Source: an uncultured Rikenella sp. (lineage in GTDB: Bacteria > Bacteroidota > Bacteroidia > Bacteroidales > VadinHA17). Taken from it: a DNA stretch of 64,000 nt. The position numbers and the translations under genes are program-made. Below are positions 63,361-64,000 of this stretch, in pieces. The notes below the pieces were generated by a model. It searched no databases and was not told the origin of the DNA. It was given only the letters and a program-made list of their open reading frames with translations. Every line of letters starts with the position of its first letter. The first letter of the stretch is position 1. Location of the stretch: assembly GCA_964627825.1 (NCBI GenBank), contig CAZVLJ010000004.1:7773-71772 (forward strand). The letters are read 5' to 3'.

Positions 63361-64000
63361 ATGAAAATCATTGACAACTTTAACTTTAAGGGACTGAAGG
63401 CTATTGTAAGGGTTGATTTCAACGTGCCACTTGACAAGCAGACGCGTGAGGTGACCGATGACACACGTATCCGCGGGGCCCTTAAGACAATAAAGAAGAT
63501 CACTGCCGATGGCGGTTCGGCAATACTTATGTCGCATCTCGGCCGGCCACAGGGGGTTATGGAAAAGTACTCGCTGAAGCCTGTTCTTCCCGTGCTGGAG
63601 AACCATCTGGGCATGAAGGTGGCCTTTGCGTCCGATGCCCTTGGCGAAGAAGCAGCTGCAATGGTGGCAGCGCTCAGGCCGGGTGAGGTGATGATGCTTG
63701 AAAACGTCAGGTTCTATCCCGAGGAGGAGGGCAAGCCGATCCTTCCCGATACTGCCACTGATGAGGAGAAGAAAGCTGCCAAGGCAGAGCTGAAGGTGAA
63801 GCAGAAGGAGATGGCCCGGAAGCTTTCGACATATGCTGATGTGTACGTCAATGATGCTTTTGGTACTGCCCACAGGGCACATGCAACCACGGCAGTTATA
63901 GCTGACTTCTTCCCGGAAGAGAAAAGGATGTTCGGGTTCCTGATTAACAGTGAGCTGGCAGCTATGGACAGGGTGCTTAAGAGTGCGCAAAAACCCTTCA
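63361..64000 (+). CDS. pgk: phosphoglycerate kinase (5' part; runs off the window)
   Basis: My own translation from ATG 63361 gives [41 protein letters not shown].. with no stop before 64000. It is not in the ORF track because it is open-ended. Confidence 0.95.
   Translation, partial: MKIIDNFNFKGLKAIVRVDFNVPLDKQTREVTDDTRIRGALKTIKKITADGGSAILMSHLGRPQGVMEKYSLKPVLPVLENHLGMKVAFASDALGEEAAAMVAALRPGEVMMLENVRFYPEEEGKPILPDTATDEEKKAAKAELKVKQKEMARKLSTYADVYVNDAFGTAHRAHATTAVIADFFPEEKRMFGFLINSELAAMDRVLKSAQKPF

Noticed and set aside
63316-63990. 224-aa minus-strand ORF in the track at the right edge
   Set aside because: It is antisense to an unmistakable phosphoglycerate kinase reading frame ([17 protein letters not shown]) starting at 63361. 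That frame is missing from the track only because it has no stop within the window.
1-64000. Mobile elements, prophage, defence islands, toxin-antitoxin pairs, secondary-metabolite clusters
   Set aside because: I looked for integrase/transposase/recombinase motifs, terminal inverted repeats flanking genes, flanking tRNAs, abrupt composition shifts by eye, and typical defence domains. None was found. Gene content and promoter architecture look uniform and native.

Overview
Chromosomal segment of a Bacteroidota-type genome, identified by gld/por type IX secretion (T9SS) genes, ..SC lipoprotein signals and TAnnTTTG -7 promoter boxes. I call 53 protein-coding genes, two of them partial at the window edges. 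They are tightly packed in operons with many 1-4 nt start/stop overlaps. Content is mostly core housekeeping. In map order: rbfA-methyltransferase-LolE-like operon, trpS, a TonB-dependent receptor, an unknown membrane protein + outer-membrane barrel pair, an mlaEF-like ABC pair, manC, porP-gldK-gldL-gldM-gldN, an arginase-fold protein, topA, PBP1A, radA and panCD. Then a half-size glycogen-synthase-like / DUF4270-like / glmS / DUF4954-like block and a six-gene nucleotide-sugar operon (WbpE/D/B/A-like + galE + rfbB). Then a SPOR protein, metG, a membrane LytTR regulator, a hydrolase-like protein + LD-carboxypeptidase, ald, sprE(porW)-porX-tsaE, apbC-like, a holB-PSP1-gldH-trmB-ATL operon, tpx and pgk. 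I saw no rRNA, tRNA, CRISPR array, transposase, integrase, phage or recognisable defence genes. I do not see a self-contained, clearly novel multi-gene system; this looks like an ordinary core region. Five things are most worth a second look. (1) The co-transcribed pair at 9379-13601, whose barrel has an N-terminus echoing the PorP/SprF signature. (2) A family of short, often heptad-periodic, degenerate repeats confined to intergenic DNA at about seven sites, two of which share a 14-mer. (3) A 10-bp direct repeat with 20-bp period upstream of the membrane LytTR regulator. (4) An arginase-fold protein with degenerate metal ligands. (5) A Wbp-type nucleotide-sugar operon sitting among T9SS genes. 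All family names come from motif recognition by eye and memory; no searches were run.
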